Origin: an uncultured Mycoplasmatota bacterium
Lineage (GTDB): Bacteria > Bacillota_I > Bacilli_A > RF39 > UBA660
DNA: 64,000 nucleotides
Direction: 5' to 3'
Assembly (NCBI GenBank): GCA_900551455.1
Contig: URVV01000002.1
Coordinates: 24,290 to 88,289, forward strand
Made by a program: the position numbers and the translations under genes. Numbering within the stretch: position 1 is the first letter of the stretch; the number at the start of each line of letters is the position of its first letter. The notes under the pieces are model-generated. The model was not told where the DNA came from, searched no databases, and was given only the letters and a program-made list of their open reading frames with translations. Of this stretch, positions 1 to 10,639 are shown piece after piece.

Positions 1-141
1 TATTTTGGGTTTAGAGTTTTTTTCTTGTTTATTTACTCTTCTACCTGAACGTCGTTCTTTTTCTTTTATTTTTTTTTCTTTTTTTTCTTGAATGCTTTCT
101 TTTAGTTTTTCAATGATGTTTTTCTTTTTGACTTTTCTCAC
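1..141 (-). CDS. 5' end of a Lys/Glu-rich ORF that runs off the window start (possibly a class A PBP, by recU-ponA synteny)
   Basis: GTG at 141 lies 9 nt after AGGAAG (151-156). The frame is open for 47 codons to position 1 (VRKVKKKNIIEKLKESIQEKKEKKIKEKERRSGRRVNKQEKNSKPKI). It sits directly downstream of recU on the same strand, as ponA does in Bacillus. The function is inference only. Confidence 0.3.
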   Translation of the reverse strand, partial: MRKVKKKNIIEKLKESIQEKKEKKIKEKERRSGRRVNKQEKNSKPKI

Positions 142-188
142 TTTTCTCAACTTCCTTACTTTTTATTAATTATATTATAATATATTAT

Positions 189-719
189 TTATAAAATATC
201 AATTACTTTTAAGTAATCTAGACGTGGTGCATATTTTAAAGCTATTTTGGGACAATTCTCTTGAAAGTAACTAAGCGGAATTGATTTCCTTTCGTTTTCC
301 TCTAAAAAGGCTAGTAATTTATGCCCTTCGAGAAGATATGTTTCGTTTAAAAGATTAAATCTTATTATTAAAAAACTTATTCCTTTGAAGTGAATGATGT
401 TTTTTATGTGTTCAATTTGATGTGGATGGATATTTGATATTGGAAATGATGTTTTACTATTTGTTTCTTTGGCGTCAAATTCAAGATATTTTTCTTTATA
501 TATACCACTGTAATCTAGAGTAGATTTTTGTTCATAAAAACCATCTTTTATTCTTGTTTTAGTTTCGTTTATTTTTAATACTTTAATGGGAATGGGCTTT
601 TTATATATTAAAGCGATATCTTTTTCTTTATAGTAATTATTTGTAAGATTGATATCATCTTCAAGAGTCATACCACGGTTACCGTAATTTATTAATTTAT
701 TATTCTTTATTGTTATCAT
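189..719 (-). CDS. recU: Holliday junction resolvase RecU
   Basis: The 176-aa ORF is colinear with B. subtilis RecU (NRGMTLEDDIN, KKPIPIKV, DYSGIY, DFEAKETNSKTSFP, HQIEH, YAPRLDY). Confidence 0.9.
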   Translation of the reverse strand: MITIKNNKLINYGNRGMTLEDDINLTNNYYKEKDIALIYKKPIPIKVLKINETKTRIKDGFYEQKSTLDYSGIYKEKYLEFDAKETNSKTSFPISNIHPHQIEHIKNIIHFKGISFLIIRFNLLNETYLLEGHKLLAFLEENERKSIPLSYFQENCPKIALKYAPRLDYLKVIDIL

Positions 720-805
720 AATTCACCTAAGATGATTATACTATAAAATTATGAAAATATCTATGTTTAAATATATGTAATTTTTTTCAAATAAATAATA
801 TTTTT

Positions 806-838
806 TGTAAAAGAAAACTCTTTACTGAGTAAAGAGTT
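806..838 (-). terminator. Rho-independent terminator downstream of tRNA-Ser
   Basis: 10-bp stem AACTCTTTAC/GTAAAGAGTT (816-825/829-838) with a 3-nt loop, followed on the minus strand by TTTTCTTTT. Confidence 0.6.
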
Positions 839-848
839 AATTTTTTTA

Positions 849-940
849 TGGCGGAGTAGGAGAGATTTGAACTCTCGCACCAGCAATACCGGTCTACACC
901 CTTAGCAGGGGCGCCTCTTCAGCCTCTTGAGTACTACTCC
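849..940 (-). tRNA. tRNA-Ser (anticodon GCU), type II with long variable arm, CCA encoded
   Basis: The reverse complement reads GGAGTAG-TA-CTCAAGAGGCTGAAGAG-G-CGCCC-CTGCTAA-GGGTG-(long variable arm)-GAGAG-TTCAAAT-CTCTC-CTACTCC-G-CCA. The acceptor, anticodon and T stems all pair, and the anticodon loop is CU-GCU-AA. Confidence 0.9.
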
Positions 941-996
941 ACAAAACGCTTACGTATTTAATTTTATAATAACGTAGTGTTTTTGTCAACTATTTT

Positions 997-2133
997 TTAA
1001 TTGTTTTTAGCAATATATTCGTCATAGGTGATATTTGAATCATAGACTTTTTTAGCAACATCAAGTCCTAGGTAACGGAAATGCCATTCTTCATACATAT
1101 AACCGGTTATATTTTCTTTTCCTTTAGGATATCTTAAAATAAAACCATATTTATAGGAATTGTTAATTAACCAAGTGTATTCTTTGTCTGTATGACTTAT
1201 AAAGGAACCTCGACCGTTCATAATATCAAGAGCTAAACCGGTTTGGTGTTCGGAATATCCTGGTCTGGCAGAATATGTTTCAGCAGCTTTTAAACCATCG
1301 ATGGAAACGTAGCGATTATATAGACTTTTTTGATAATTATATGAGCGATAGCCAGAACCATTATAGATAGTGATATTATCTTTTTTAGCGGCTTCACACA
1401 TTTTTTCAAAAGCTTCTTTAGCAACTTTTCTTAGTTTTCCATTTACTGAGCGATTATATTTACTGCTTATAGCTTCTAGATCATTTGGTTCATAATTGGA
1501 TTCTAAAACGTGGTATTTATTTACTAATACAAGAATATCTTCTTGGTTAGTGATTTTAGAAACATTAGTATAATAATCATTATCTAGACCAATGTTAACA
1601 TACGTAACGGAAGTATCAATTTCGTTATTGTTATCTTTTTCTAGATATTTTATGTAACGTTCTAGATATGATTCTTTGAAATAGCTTAAGTTAATTATAT
1701 TAGTGATGTCTTTTATATATTGATTTTGAATGATAATATTTATTGATTCATTATTTAGTTTAGCATAAATGTTATTTATATCATTATCTGTATATCCTAG
1801 ATCAAGAAGGGAATTGATATTTTTAAAGAAGTTTTCTTTTTCAAGGTAATTTATATTGATGTATGAATCTAGGTATTTAGGATTGTAGTATTCACTGTTA
1901 ATTATATTATCTAGGGTTTTTGAGTATTTTTCTTTTTTTATTTGCTGATAGATATTTTTGTCTAGAAAAACTTCAATAGTTTTTTCTTGATAACCAGTTT
2001 TTTTAGATAAATAATAGCATTTAATTTGGTTTTTATTAATAAGAATTGTGATAATAAGTATTAACGGAATAAAGAATATTAAGAGTTTTTTTATACTTAA
2101 TTTTTTTCTTTTTTTAATATTTTTTCTTGTCAT
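997..2133 (-). CDS. VanY/M15B-family D-alanyl-D-alanine carboxypeptidase, membrane anchored
   Basis: N-terminal TM segment. The C-terminal domain has SGYRSYNYQ, GYSEHQTGLALDI and EEWHFRYLG, the zinc-peptidase motifs typical of VanY-like enzymes. Confidence 0.8.
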   Translation of the reverse strand: MTRKNIKKRKKLSIKKLLIFFIPLILIITILINKNQIKCYYLSKKTGYQEKTIEVFLDKNIYQQIKKEKYSKTLDNIINSEYYNPKYLDSYININYLEKENFFKNINSLLDLGYTDNDINNIYAKLNNESINIIIQNQYIKDITNIINLSYFKESYLERYIKYLEKDNNNEIDTSVTYVNIGLDNDYYTNVSKITNQEDILVLVNKYHVLESNYEPNDLEAISSKYNRSVNGKLRKVAKEAFEKMCEAAKKDNITIYNGSGYRSYNYQKSLYNRYVSIDGLKAAETYSARPGYSEHQTGLALDIMNGRGSFISHTDKEYTWLINNSYKYGFILRYPKGKENITGYMYEEWHFRYLGLDVAKKVYDSNITYDEYIAKNN

Positions 2134-2283
2134 TTTTTCACCTACTATGAATATAACATAATATTTAAATTTTGTAAATTGTTAGATGGAAGAAAATTAT
2201 ATGTTAAATTTTTGTAAACTTACTTGTATTTATTTTAATTTTGGTATAATCTAGTTTTATAAGATATGAGGGAGTGTGATAGA

Positions 2284-2484
2284 GTGATTTATCCATCAAT
2301 AGACAAGTTACTTACAATTGTTGATTCTAAATATGCATTGGTTTATGTGGCAGCTTTAAGGAGTAAACAGATGATTAAGAATGGTTATTATCAGAAGCCA
2401 ATTAGTCAGTATAAGTCAAAGAAAACAATTGGTAGAGCTTTAGAAGAAGTGTATGACAATTTAATTCATATTAACAAAGGTTAA
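2284..2484 (+). CDS. rpoZ: DNA-directed RNA polymerase subunit omega
   Basis: V-IYPSIDKLLTIVDSKYALVYVAALRSKQM matches the conserved RpoZ N-terminus. GTG 2284 follows a GGGAG SD, whereas the track ATG at 2266 has no SD. Confidence 0.85.
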   Translation: MIYPSIDKLLTIVDSKYALVYVAALRSKQMIKNGYYQKPISQYKSKKTIGRALEEVYDNLIHINKG

Positions 2485-2500
2485 GCGGCCTTTGTTTTTA
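2474..2500 (+). terminator. Rho-independent terminator after rpoZ
   Basis: Stem ACAAAGG/CCTTTGT followed by TTTTTA, overlapping the rpoZ stop. Confidence 0.6.
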
Positions 2501-2614
2501 GTTATTGTGCGATATTTCTATTTAAATAAATATATTGTAGTATTTTGTAGATGTTTTAATTCAAAAAAACGTTATTTTGTAGTATAATAATTATAGGGAG
2601 TTGTGGAGGAAATT

Positions 2615-3679
2615 ATGGATGATAAATTGAATTTTAAGTTGCTTAACTTATTGATATTAATAGCAATTATCTGTTTACTTTATTTGATAAGGGGCTTGTG
2701 GCTTGGTCTTGTTGGAACAGTTTTTAGTGTTATAGCACCATTTTTGCTGGCTTTTGGAGTGGCTTATATGGTGTATCCTTTAGTTAGAAAACTATTAAAA
2801 ATGGGATGTGCTAAATGGGTGGCAATACTTATTACTTGTGTGTTATCTTTAGGGATAGTTATTTTGTTGGCAATTACTACTATACCTTTATTGTATGAAC
2901 AGATTTTACTTTTTATAAGCAATATTTCAGTGTTTTTATCTGATTTATCGGTTAAGTATGAGATTAATTTGGGTGATTTACAGTCAACGTTAACAGATTT
3001 TAGTACTAGTATTATGAATAATATAGGTAGTAAAATTAGTAATGGAGCAATTACTTTGGTTAATACTTCTGTATCAGTTATATCTTCTTCGATTGTGGTC
3101 TTTGGAGCGGCAGTTTATTTCTTGGTAGATATGGATAAGATAAGAAATGGTATTAAAAATTTTTATTATAAAAGAAATAGAAGATTGGTTTTTTATTTAA
3201 AAGAACTTGATAGTGAAATGTCAAAATATATTATGGGAATGGGTCTTAATATTATTTTACAAATGATTGAGTATACGATAGCTTTTTTAATTATAGGACA
3301 TCCGAATTATTTAATTCTTGGTATATTATCTGGGGTATCAGCAATTATTCCTTGGTTTGGGGGATTTTTGGTAGCGGTACTTTCACTTTTGGTCTCTTCA
3401 GTAATTAGTACAAAAATGTTTATTTTAACAGTTATTATATGCATTATTTGTCCTACTTTAGATGGAAATGTTATTGGTCCTAAAGTATATGGTAAGACAA
3501 ATGCTATTCATCCATTATTAGTAATTTTTTCAGTTTCGGCTGGAGGAATGATTGCTGGTTTTTGGGGAATTGTATTGTCACTTCCGATAGCTATAGCTAT
3601 TAAAACAACATATAATTTTTATAAGAAAGATATTCATAAAGGAATGAAGAATATTAAGAAGAAAACTGGAACAAAATAG
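2615..3679 (+). CDS. AI-2E/PerM (UPF0118) family transporter
   Basis: Polytopic membrane protein of about 350 aa with family-typical layout and motifs (PFLLAFGVAYMVYPLV, IPWFGGFL, GPKVYG). ATG 2615 has a GGAGG SD 5 nt upstream. Confidence 0.7.
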   Translation: MDDKLNFKLLNLLILIAIICLLYLIRGLWLGLVGTVFSVIAPFLLAFGVAYMVYPLVRKLLKMGCAKWVAILITCVLSLGIVILLAITTIPLLYEQILLFISNISVFLSDLSVKYEINLGDLQSTLTDFSTSIMNNIGSKISNGAITLVNTSVSVISSSIVVFGAAVYFLVDMDKIRNGIKNFYYKRNRRLVFYLKELDSEMSKYIMGMGLNIILQMIEYTIAFLIIGHPNYLILGILSGVSAIIPWFGGFLVAVLSLLVSSVISTKMFILTVIICIICPTLDGNVIGPKVYGKTNAIHPLLVIFSVSAGGMIAGFWGIVLSLPIAIAIKTTYNFYKKDIHKGMKNIKKKTGTK

Positions 3680-3725
3680 TTTTTTTCTTTTTTGAGTACA
3701 TACAAACAGATGTACGAAATATATC

Positions 3726-3754
3726 TTGACAATGATTTTTATTTATGTTAAAAT
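3726..3754 (+). promoter_or_regulatory. sigma-A type promoter upstream of addB
   Basis: TTGACA (3726-3731), 17-nt spacer, TAAAAT (3749-3754), about 100 nt upstream of the addB start. Confidence 0.5.
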
Positions 3755-3858
3755 TTAAAAGTGTGATAGATAAGGAATTTATAGTAGGTATTTATAGGTT
3801 TGATTAAGTATAAGTAATGGAATAGGATTTTTAATTAGATAGGAATTAGGTGAAGTAG

Positions 3859-6123
3859 ATGGATTTTTTAAAGGATATAAATGAAGAGGTAATATTGATA
3901 TGTGAGGATGCGGTTAAGGAGAAAATACTTAGTTTTAATCGTCTTATACCAATTAAAATGATGAATATTTTGGAATTTATGAAATTATATTTGTTTAGTT
4001 ATGATGATGAGGCGGTTATGCTTATTAGTAAGGTATATAATTGCAAATATGAAATTGCTAAGATGTATATTGAAAATCTTTATTTTGTTAAGGATAAGGA
4101 ATATGGTATTGCAAAATTAGATAAATTATTAGAAATTAAGAAGTTACTTGATGAGAAAAAAATGCTTATATATAACAATAATTTTAGGGAATATGTTAAA
4201 GATAAGAAAATAATTATATATGATCTCAAATTGAGCGATTTTTATAAAGAAATGCTTGCGGGATTAAATTATGAATGCATTTTTGGAAATTATAGGGAAT
4301 TTGAACATAAGGTGTATCATTATAAAACAATGGAAGATGAAGTATTTGATGTAGCTTATAGAATTTGTTTATTAATAGATTCTGGGGTGGATGTTAAAAA
4401 AATTAAACTTACTAATGTTGATAGTAGTTATTATAATACGATAGAACGAATATTTTCTTTGTGTGGATTAAAGGTTAATATTTTGTACAAAAAATGTTTG
4501 TCTTCTTATGAGGCAGTTAGAAGATTTATCGAATTATATAGAGATTGTGATGATGTATCAAAAGTAATTTCACAGTTGGATCAAAAAATGTTAGGATATG
4601 AGGAATTAATTAATGTATTAAATAAGTATCTTAAATATGAAGATAGGGAATTAATTATTTATAAGTTGGAGAATGAAAAAATTAGTGATAAACAGGTAGA
4701 TAATGCAATAGAAATAATTGATTATATTAATTATTGTAGTTTAGATGATGAATATATTTTTATGATGGGATTTAATGATTCATTAATTCCTAATAGTTAT
4801 AAGGATACATTTTATATTACAGATAATATTGCTAAGATGGTTGGCGTATTTACCACAAGAGAATTAAATAATTTTTTAAGAGAAGATATTGTTAAGAAAA
4901 TTAAAGATATTAAAAATCTTTATATTAGTTATAAGGATAAAGATAGTAAGAAGAGTTATTATCCTAGTACACTTTGCAGTAGTTTTTTGGTGGTTGATAG
5001 AAACTGTGAATATGATTATAGTTTTAGTGAAGTAAATAATAAAATTAAGCTAGTAAGATGCTACGACAATTTTATTAAATATGGTCAGGTTTTGGAAGAA
5101 TTTAGTAATTTGAAGAGTAATTTTAAGATTAATTATAATAGTTTTTCAAATAAGTATTTAGGGATTGATAGAATAAGCGATAAGCTTACTTTGTCATATT
5201 CAAAGATGCAAATATATAGTAAGTGTGCTTTTAGGTATTATCTTAGCGAGATCTTAAAATTAGATATTTATGAAGAAAATTTTAGTGCAGTTATTGGAAG
5301 TATGGTTCATTTTATAATGGAACAGTGCCTTAGAAATAAGGATTATGATACGGATAAATATGCAGATATTTTCTGTAAGGGGAGAGTATTTACAAAAAGA
5401 GAATATTTTTTCTTAAATAAATATAAGGAAAATATTAAAGATTTACTTAAACAAGTTTTACAGGAAAAAGATTATATGTCATTTGATCAGGCTCTTTATG
5501 AAGAAAAAATAGAAATAGATTACGGAAATAATATTAAATTTGTTGGAGTTATTGATAAGATATTATATTACGTAGATAATGATAAAACTTATATTTGTTT
5601 AGTTGACTATAAAACAGGAAATGATATTATTAGTTTAAATAATTTAAAGTATGGATTGGATATGCAGTTACCAATATATTTATATTTGTCTACTAAAATG
5701 AATTTTAAGAATCCTGTATATGTTGGCTTTTATTTACAAAAATTTAATATTAGTGAAAAGGATTATAGATTACAAGGGTATTCAAATAGCGATAAAGATA
5801 TTTTGAGTTTAATAGATAGTGATTATGATAACTCTAAAATTATAAAGGGGTTAAAAACGTTAAAAGATGGATCTTTTGCTAAAAGTAGTAAGGTAATTGA
5901 TAATGATTGTATGAGAAAGATAATTGACGATACTTCTTTAAAAATTGACGAGGTTATTAAAAATATTGAGAGTAATAAATTTGATATTAATCCAAAGGTA
6001 ATAGACGGTAAGAATAGAGGTTGTGAATACTGTAAGTTTGCAGATATTTGCTTTGTCAAGAGTGATGACTATGTAAATATTGTAGTAGATGATAGTTTGA
6101 ATGGTGGTGATGTTTTTGGCTAA
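3859..6123 (+). CDS. addB: AddB-type helicase-nuclease subunit (short form, Fe-S nuclease domain)
   Basis: It lies immediately upstream of addA and overlaps it. The C-terminal PD-(D/E)XK region reads GVIDKILYY..LVDYKTG. The cysteines CAFRYY ... CEYCKFADIC resemble the AddB iron-staple. No Walker A motif is visible. Confidence 0.75.
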   Translation: MDFLKDINEEVILICEDAVKEKILSFNRLIPIKMMNILEFMKLYLFSYDDEAVMLISKVYNCKYEIAKMYIENLYFVKDKEYGIAKLDKLLEIKKLLDEKKMLIYNNNFREYVKDKKIIIYDLKLSDFYKEMLAGLNYECIFGNYREFEHKVYHYKTMEDEVFDVAYRICLLIDSGVDVKKIKLTNVDSSYYNTIERIFSLCGLKVNILYKKCLSSYEAVRRFIELYRDCDDVSKVISQLDQKMLGYEELINVLNKYLKYEDRELIIYKLENEKISDKQVDNAIEIIDYINYCSLDDEYIFMMGFNDSLIPNSYKDTFYITDNIAKMVGVFTTRELNNFLREDIVKKIKDIKNLYISYKDKDSKKSYYPSTLCSSFLVVDRNCEYDYSFSEVNNKIKLVRCYDNFIKYGQVLEEFSNLKSNFKINYNSFSNKYLGIDRISDKLTLSYSKMQIYSKCAFRYYLSEILKLDIYEENFSAVIGSMVHFIMEQCLRNKDYDTDKYADIFCKGRVFTKREYFFLNKYKENIKDLLKQVLQEKDYMSFDQALYEEKIEIDYGNNIKFVGVIDKILYYVDNDKTYICLVDYKTGNDIISLNNLKYGLDMQLPIYLYLSTKMNFKNPVYVGFYLQKFNISEKDYRLQGYSNSDKDILSLIDSDYDNSKIIKGLKTLKDGSFAKSSKVIDNDCMRKIIDDTSLKIDEVIKNIESNKFDINPKVIDGKNRGCEYCKFADICFVKSDDYVNIVVDDSLNGGDVFG

Positions 6124-9100
6124 TACGAAAGAACAACAACAAGCAATAGATATGGAAGGCACAAATATAATTGTATCTGCTGGTGCAGGCTCTGGAAAAA
6201 CGGCGGTACTTACCCAGCGAGTTATTAGAAAAATAACAGATGGGGTAGATGTAGACAGACTTTTAGTATTAACTTTTACTAATGAGGCTGCTGCAGAGAT
6301 GAAAAAAAGAATTAGAGATGCAATTATTAAGAATAAACTTGATAAACAGCTTGGACTTCTAGATTCGGCTTATATTACAACTTTTGATAGTTTTGCACTT
6401 TCTTTAGTAAAAAAGTATGCATATTTATTAGATGCTAAACAAAATATTAAGATAATTGATAGTAATGTAATGATGATATATAAATATCGTGTAATGGATA
6501 AAATTTTTGAAGAAATGTATGGGGATTGTAAATTTGATAAATTAATTCAAGATTTTTGTCTTAAGGATGATAAGTCTTTAAAAGACGATATTATTAATTT
6601 GGCTAATAAACTAGATCTACAAATTGATAAAGAAAAGTTTATTGAAACATATTTTGATAAATATTGTAATCAAGAATTTATTGATAAACAAATTATTAAA
6701 TATGAGAAATTAATTAAAGCGAAGATTTTAGAGTTACAAAAGATATATGAGGAATTTACAAGTTATATTACTGATAGTTTATGTAATAAATTAGATAATT
6801 ATTTCAAGCCTTTATTTCAGGGAGATAAATATAGTGATTATGTAACCTTTCTTAGTATGAATACGGTTAGATTTACTGGAGTTAGTGAAGAAGGACTTGA
6901 TATTAAGGAATTATTAAAAGAGAAAATTGAAGAGATAAAAAAATTACTAAAGTATAAGGATATGGAGGAAATTGCTAAAGGAATTAGTAATACCTATGAT
7001 TATATTGAGGTAATCTTATTGATTATTAAGAAATTGGATGATGAAGTAATTAAATATAAAAAGAAATATGATATTTATGAATTTAATGATATAGCTCATA
7101 TGGCTATTACTTTGGTAAAGCAGTTTGATTATGTTAGAGAAGAAATTAGAGATTATTTTAATGAGATAATGGTTGATGAGTATCAGGATACTTCCTCAAT
7201 ACAAGAGGAATTTGTAAGTCTTATTAGTAATGATAATGTTTATATGGTTGGAGATGTGAAACAATCGATTTATCGTTTTAGAAATGCTAATCCATATATT
7301 TTTCAAGACAAATATAATCTTTATAGTAAAGGCTCTGGTGGAGTGAAAATAGATTTACTTAAAAACTTTAGAAGTAGATCTGAGACCTTGAATAACATTA
7401 ATGAAATTTTTAATGTTATTATGGATGATGAGATTGGAAACGCAGATTATATTACTAGTCATAATATGGTATATGGAAATACCAATTATGATATTGAAAA
7501 GACGGGTCACAACAATAGTTTGGAAATATATAACTATGAGTATGATAAGAAAGATGAATTTACTAGAGAAGAGAAAGAACTATTTATTATTAGTGAAGAT
7601 ATAAATAAAAAAATTCGTGAAGGTTATTTAGTTTTTGATAAAGATAGTAGCAAGTTGAGACCACTAAAATATTCGGATATATGTATTATCACTGATAGAA
7701 ATAAGTATTTGGATAAATATAAGAAAATTTTAGAGTATAATGGTATTCCGTCAGTTATTTATATGGATTTGGTACTTACTAATGATATGGTAATAATGGT
7801 TATTAAAAATCTTGTTAGTTTGGTTTATTTTGTAAATGAGAGAATACAAAATAATAAATTTAAATATGTGTTTACTTCAGTGGCTAGATCTTTTATTTTT
7901 AACTATACAGATAATGAAATATATAATATTTTTAAAGATAATAAGATATACGAAAATGAAATTATTAATATATGTAAAAATATTGACTTGAATAATAGCT
8001 TGTTAGAGATTATTAATGATATTTTAAGTAAATTTAAAATTTATGATAAATTAACTTGTTTACATAATATTGATGAGAATATTGTTAGAATAGATAACTT
8101 ATTAGATATGGCTAATAGTTTAAATGATCTAGGGTATTCTTTGGGAGAGTTTATTGATTATATTGATGAGGTGATCGAAAGAGGACTTTTAATTAAATAT
8201 TCAGTTAATACTAGTGGTGAAGATGCAGTTAAAATAATGAATATTCATAAATCTAAGGGCTTAGAGTTTAGTCTATGCTATTTTACAGGAATGCATAATA
8301 AGTTTACTATTAAGGATATTGATGAAAGAATACTTTTTAATGATGAGTTGGGAATAATACTTCCTTATGTTTCAGATGATGGGAATGTTCAAAAGTCTAT
8401 ATTACGTGAATTATATGTAGATAATTTCTTTAAAGAAGAAGTTTCTGAGAAAATTAGGTTATTTTATGTAGCGTTAACTAGATGTAGGGAAAAGATGATA
8501 ATCGTTACTTCTTTAAGAGATGAGAATGGGAATAAATATACGGGATTAGTTCCTGTAGAGAAGAGAATTAAATATCGCTCGTTTTTAGATATTCTTGATT
8601 CGGTTAAAGCAATAGATAGGTATGTTGTTAATGTAAATGGAAACTATAGTCACGACTATGAACAAGTTAAATTTAAGGAAATTGATGAAGCAACTGAGGG
8701 AAAGAAAATTGCAAAGAGAGAGATTAAAATTAATAGTAATTTACTTGATAACAAACATTTTTCTAAGGGTCATATTGGATTGTTTGATAAAGATGAAATT
8801 AAATTAATGGAATATGGTACTAAAGTTCATGAAATGCTTGAATATGCTCTGTTTAAAAAAGGAGCAAATAAATATGTAGATAATTTATTAGGACAATTAG
8901 ATAATAATTATATTAGGGTGTATAGAGAGTATGAGTTTAAATATATAGATGATGGAGTTTTATATCATGGAATAATTGACTTAATGCTTGAATATGATCA
9001 GGAAATAAAAATTGTTGATTATAAACTTAAAAATATAGATGATGAGAATTATATTAAACAAATTAGTGGATATCGAGATTATATTATGAAGATTAGTCAA

Positions 9101-9160
9101 AAAGAGGTTAATGTTTATTTGTATTCAATTATGGATAATAAGCTTAGAAGAGTAATATAA
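6101..9160 (+). CDS. addA: AddA ATP-dependent helicase/nuclease subunit A (UvrD/PcrA-like)
   Basis: Walker A AGAGSGKTAVLTQR and the helicase motifs VDEYQDTS, GDVKQSIYRFRNA and NIHKSKGLEF. The C-terminal nuclease motif is GIIDLMLEY..IVDYKLK. Confidence 0.9.
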   Translation: MVVMFLANTKEQQQAIDMEGTNIIVSAGAGSGKTAVLTQRVIRKITDGVDVDRLLVLTFTNEAAAEMKKRIRDAIIKNKLDKQLGLLDSAYITTFDSFALSLVKKYAYLLDAKQNIKIIDSNVMMIYKYRVMDKIFEEMYGDCKFDKLIQDFCLKDDKSLKDDIINLANKLDLQIDKEKFIETYFDKYCNQEFIDKQIIKYEKLIKAKILELQKIYEEFTSYITDSLCNKLDNYFKPLFQGDKYSDYVTFLSMNTVRFTGVSEEGLDIKELLKEKIEEIKKLLKYKDMEEIAKGISNTYDYIEVILLIIKKLDDEVIKYKKKYDIYEFNDIAHMAITLVKQFDYVREEIRDYFNEIMVDEYQDTSSIQEEFVSLISNDNVYMVGDVKQSIYRFRNANPYIFQDKYNLYSKGSGGVKIDLLKNFRSRSETLNNINEIFNVIMDDEIGNADYITSHNMVYGNTNYDIEKTGHNNSLEIYNYEYDKKDEFTREEKELFIISEDINKKIREGYLVFDKDSSKLRPLKYSDICIITDRNKYLDKYKKILEYNGIPSVIYMDLVLTNDMVIMVIKNLVSLVYFVNERIQNNKFKYVFTSVARSFIFNYTDNEIYNIFKDNKIYENEIINICKNIDLNNSLLEIINDILSKFKIYDKLTCLHNIDENIVRIDNLLDMANSLNDLGYSLGEFIDYIDEVIERGLLIKYSVNTSGEDAVKIMNIHKSKGLEFSLCYFTGMHNKFTIKDIDERILFNDELGIILPYVSDDGNVQKSILRELYVDNFFKEEVSEKIRLFYVALTRCREKMIIVTSLRDENGNKYTGLVPVEKRIKYRSFLDILDSVKAIDRYVVNVNGNYSHDYEQVKFKEIDEATEGKKIAKREIKINSNLLDNKHFSKGHIGLFDKDEIKLMEYGTKVHEMLEYALFKKGANKYVDNLLGQLDNNYIRVYREYEFKYIDDGVLYHGIIDLMLEYDQEIKIVDYKLKNIDDENYIKQISGYRDYIMKISQKEVNVYLYSIMDNKLRRVI

Positions 9161-9178
9161 TGATATTAGGAGGATACA

Positions 9179-10021
9179 ATGAGAAATAATATTATTGCCA
9201 TTATGTATGATTTTGATAAGACTTTATGTGCTAAGGATATGCAGGAATATACGTTTATTCCTAATTTGGGGATAGATGCAAAAAGTTTTTGGGCAGAGGC
9301 TAACCGTGTTAGAGAAAATAATAAGATGGATCAAGTATTAACGTATATGTATTTAATGTTTAAAAAGATGGTGGATAATAACCGTAGTTTGAAGAGGGAT
9401 TATTTAAATGCGATGGGAAAGGAAATAGGACTTTTCCCTGGAGTTAATACTTGGTTTCAAAGAATTAATGATTATGGTAAAAGTAGGGGGATGATTATTG
9501 AACATTATATTATTTCTTCAGGATTAAAAGAAATAATCGAAGGGACAAAGATAGGTAATGAATTTAAGGAAATTTATGCTTCTGAGTTCTTTTATAATGA
9601 GGATGGTAACGCAATGTGGCCTAAAATTGCAGTTAATTATACGAACAAAACACAATTCTTAAATAGAATTAATAAAGGTGTGTTGGATATATCTGATGAT
9701 AATGGCTTAAATAAGAAAATGTTGGATAATGATAGAAGGATATCCCATGCGAATATGATATATATTGGCGATGGCTTTACGGATGTTCCTTGTATGAAAC
9801 TTACCAAAGATGGTGGGGGAGTAAGTGTTGCTGTATATACGGATAAAACTAAACATATTGCGAAGGGATTATTATCTGATGGAAGAATTAATTATATGGC
9901 TTTAGCGGATTATCGTGAGGGAATGCCAATAGATAAAATAATTAAGAAAACGATTGATGCAATGGCAACAAATACTGAATTAAAAAATATTGGATATTTT
10001 TTACAAGATGATGTAGAATAA
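9179..10021 (+). CDS. HAD-superfamily hydrolase
   Basis: Motif I is MYDFDKTL (DxD/T type) and motif IV is YIGDGFTDVPCM. Confidence 0.65.
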   Translation: MRNNIIAIMYDFDKTLCAKDMQEYTFIPNLGIDAKSFWAEANRVRENNKMDQVLTYMYLMFKKMVDNNRSLKRDYLNAMGKEIGLFPGVNTWFQRINDYGKSRGMIIEHYIISSGLKEIIEGTKIGNEFKEIYASEFFYNEDGNAMWPKIAVNYTNKTQFLNRINKGVLDISDDNGLNKKMLDNDRRISHANMIYIGDGFTDVPCMKLTKDGGGVSVAVYTDKTKHIAKGLLSDGRINYMALADYREGMPIDKIIKKTIDAMATNTELKNIGYFLQDDVE

Positions 10022-10042
10022 AATAGAAGTGTTGGTGGTAAA

Positions 10043-10639
10043 ATGAAGTTAACTAGTACAAAAGCTAGAGAGATGTTGGAAAATGCTCGTGGTAAAACAG
10101 AACACGATGGTTGGATTAATCATTCTATATGTGTAGGCAATACAGCATATAGGATAGCTAAGGCTTTACTTGAAAAAGGATATGATATTGATCCTAATAA
10201 GGCAAAGACTTTAGGCTATATTCACGATATTGGAAAAATGGTTGGACCTTTTCATCATCATATTTTGAAAGGATACAAGTATCTAAAAGATTGCGGATAT
10301 GATGAAGAGTATTGTAATATTAGTCTTACACATTCGTATTTAAATAACGATGTTAATTGTACAGCTGGAGGATTTCCTACAAAAAATAAATTTAGGGAGA
10401 ATTTTATTAAAAATCATCATTATACAATATACGAGAAAATTATTAATTTATGTGATTTAATGTGTACTAATAAAGTTGTTACTCTTGAAAAACGATTAAT
10501 AGATATTATTGTAAGAAGAGGGGTTTATCAAAATGCTCAATATCATATTAAAGAAGTATTTAAGTTAAAAGATTATTTTGATAATCTTTTAGAATATAAT
10601 TTATATGATTTGTTTCCAGAGATTAAAGATAATTTGTAA
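10043..10639 (+). CDS. HD-domain (HDIG-like) phosphohydrolase
   Basis: H...YIHDIGK motif in a roughly 200-aa all-helical-looking protein. Confidence 0.65.
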   Translation: MKLTSTKAREMLENARGKTEHDGWINHSICVGNTAYRIAKALLEKGYDIDPNKAKTLGYIHDIGKMVGPFHHHILKGYKYLKDCGYDEEYCNISLTHSYLNNDVNCTAGGFPTKNKFRENFIKNHHYTIYEKIINLCDLMCTNKVVTLEKRLIDIIVRRGVYQNAQYHIKEVFKLKDYFDNLLEYNLYDLFPEIKDNL

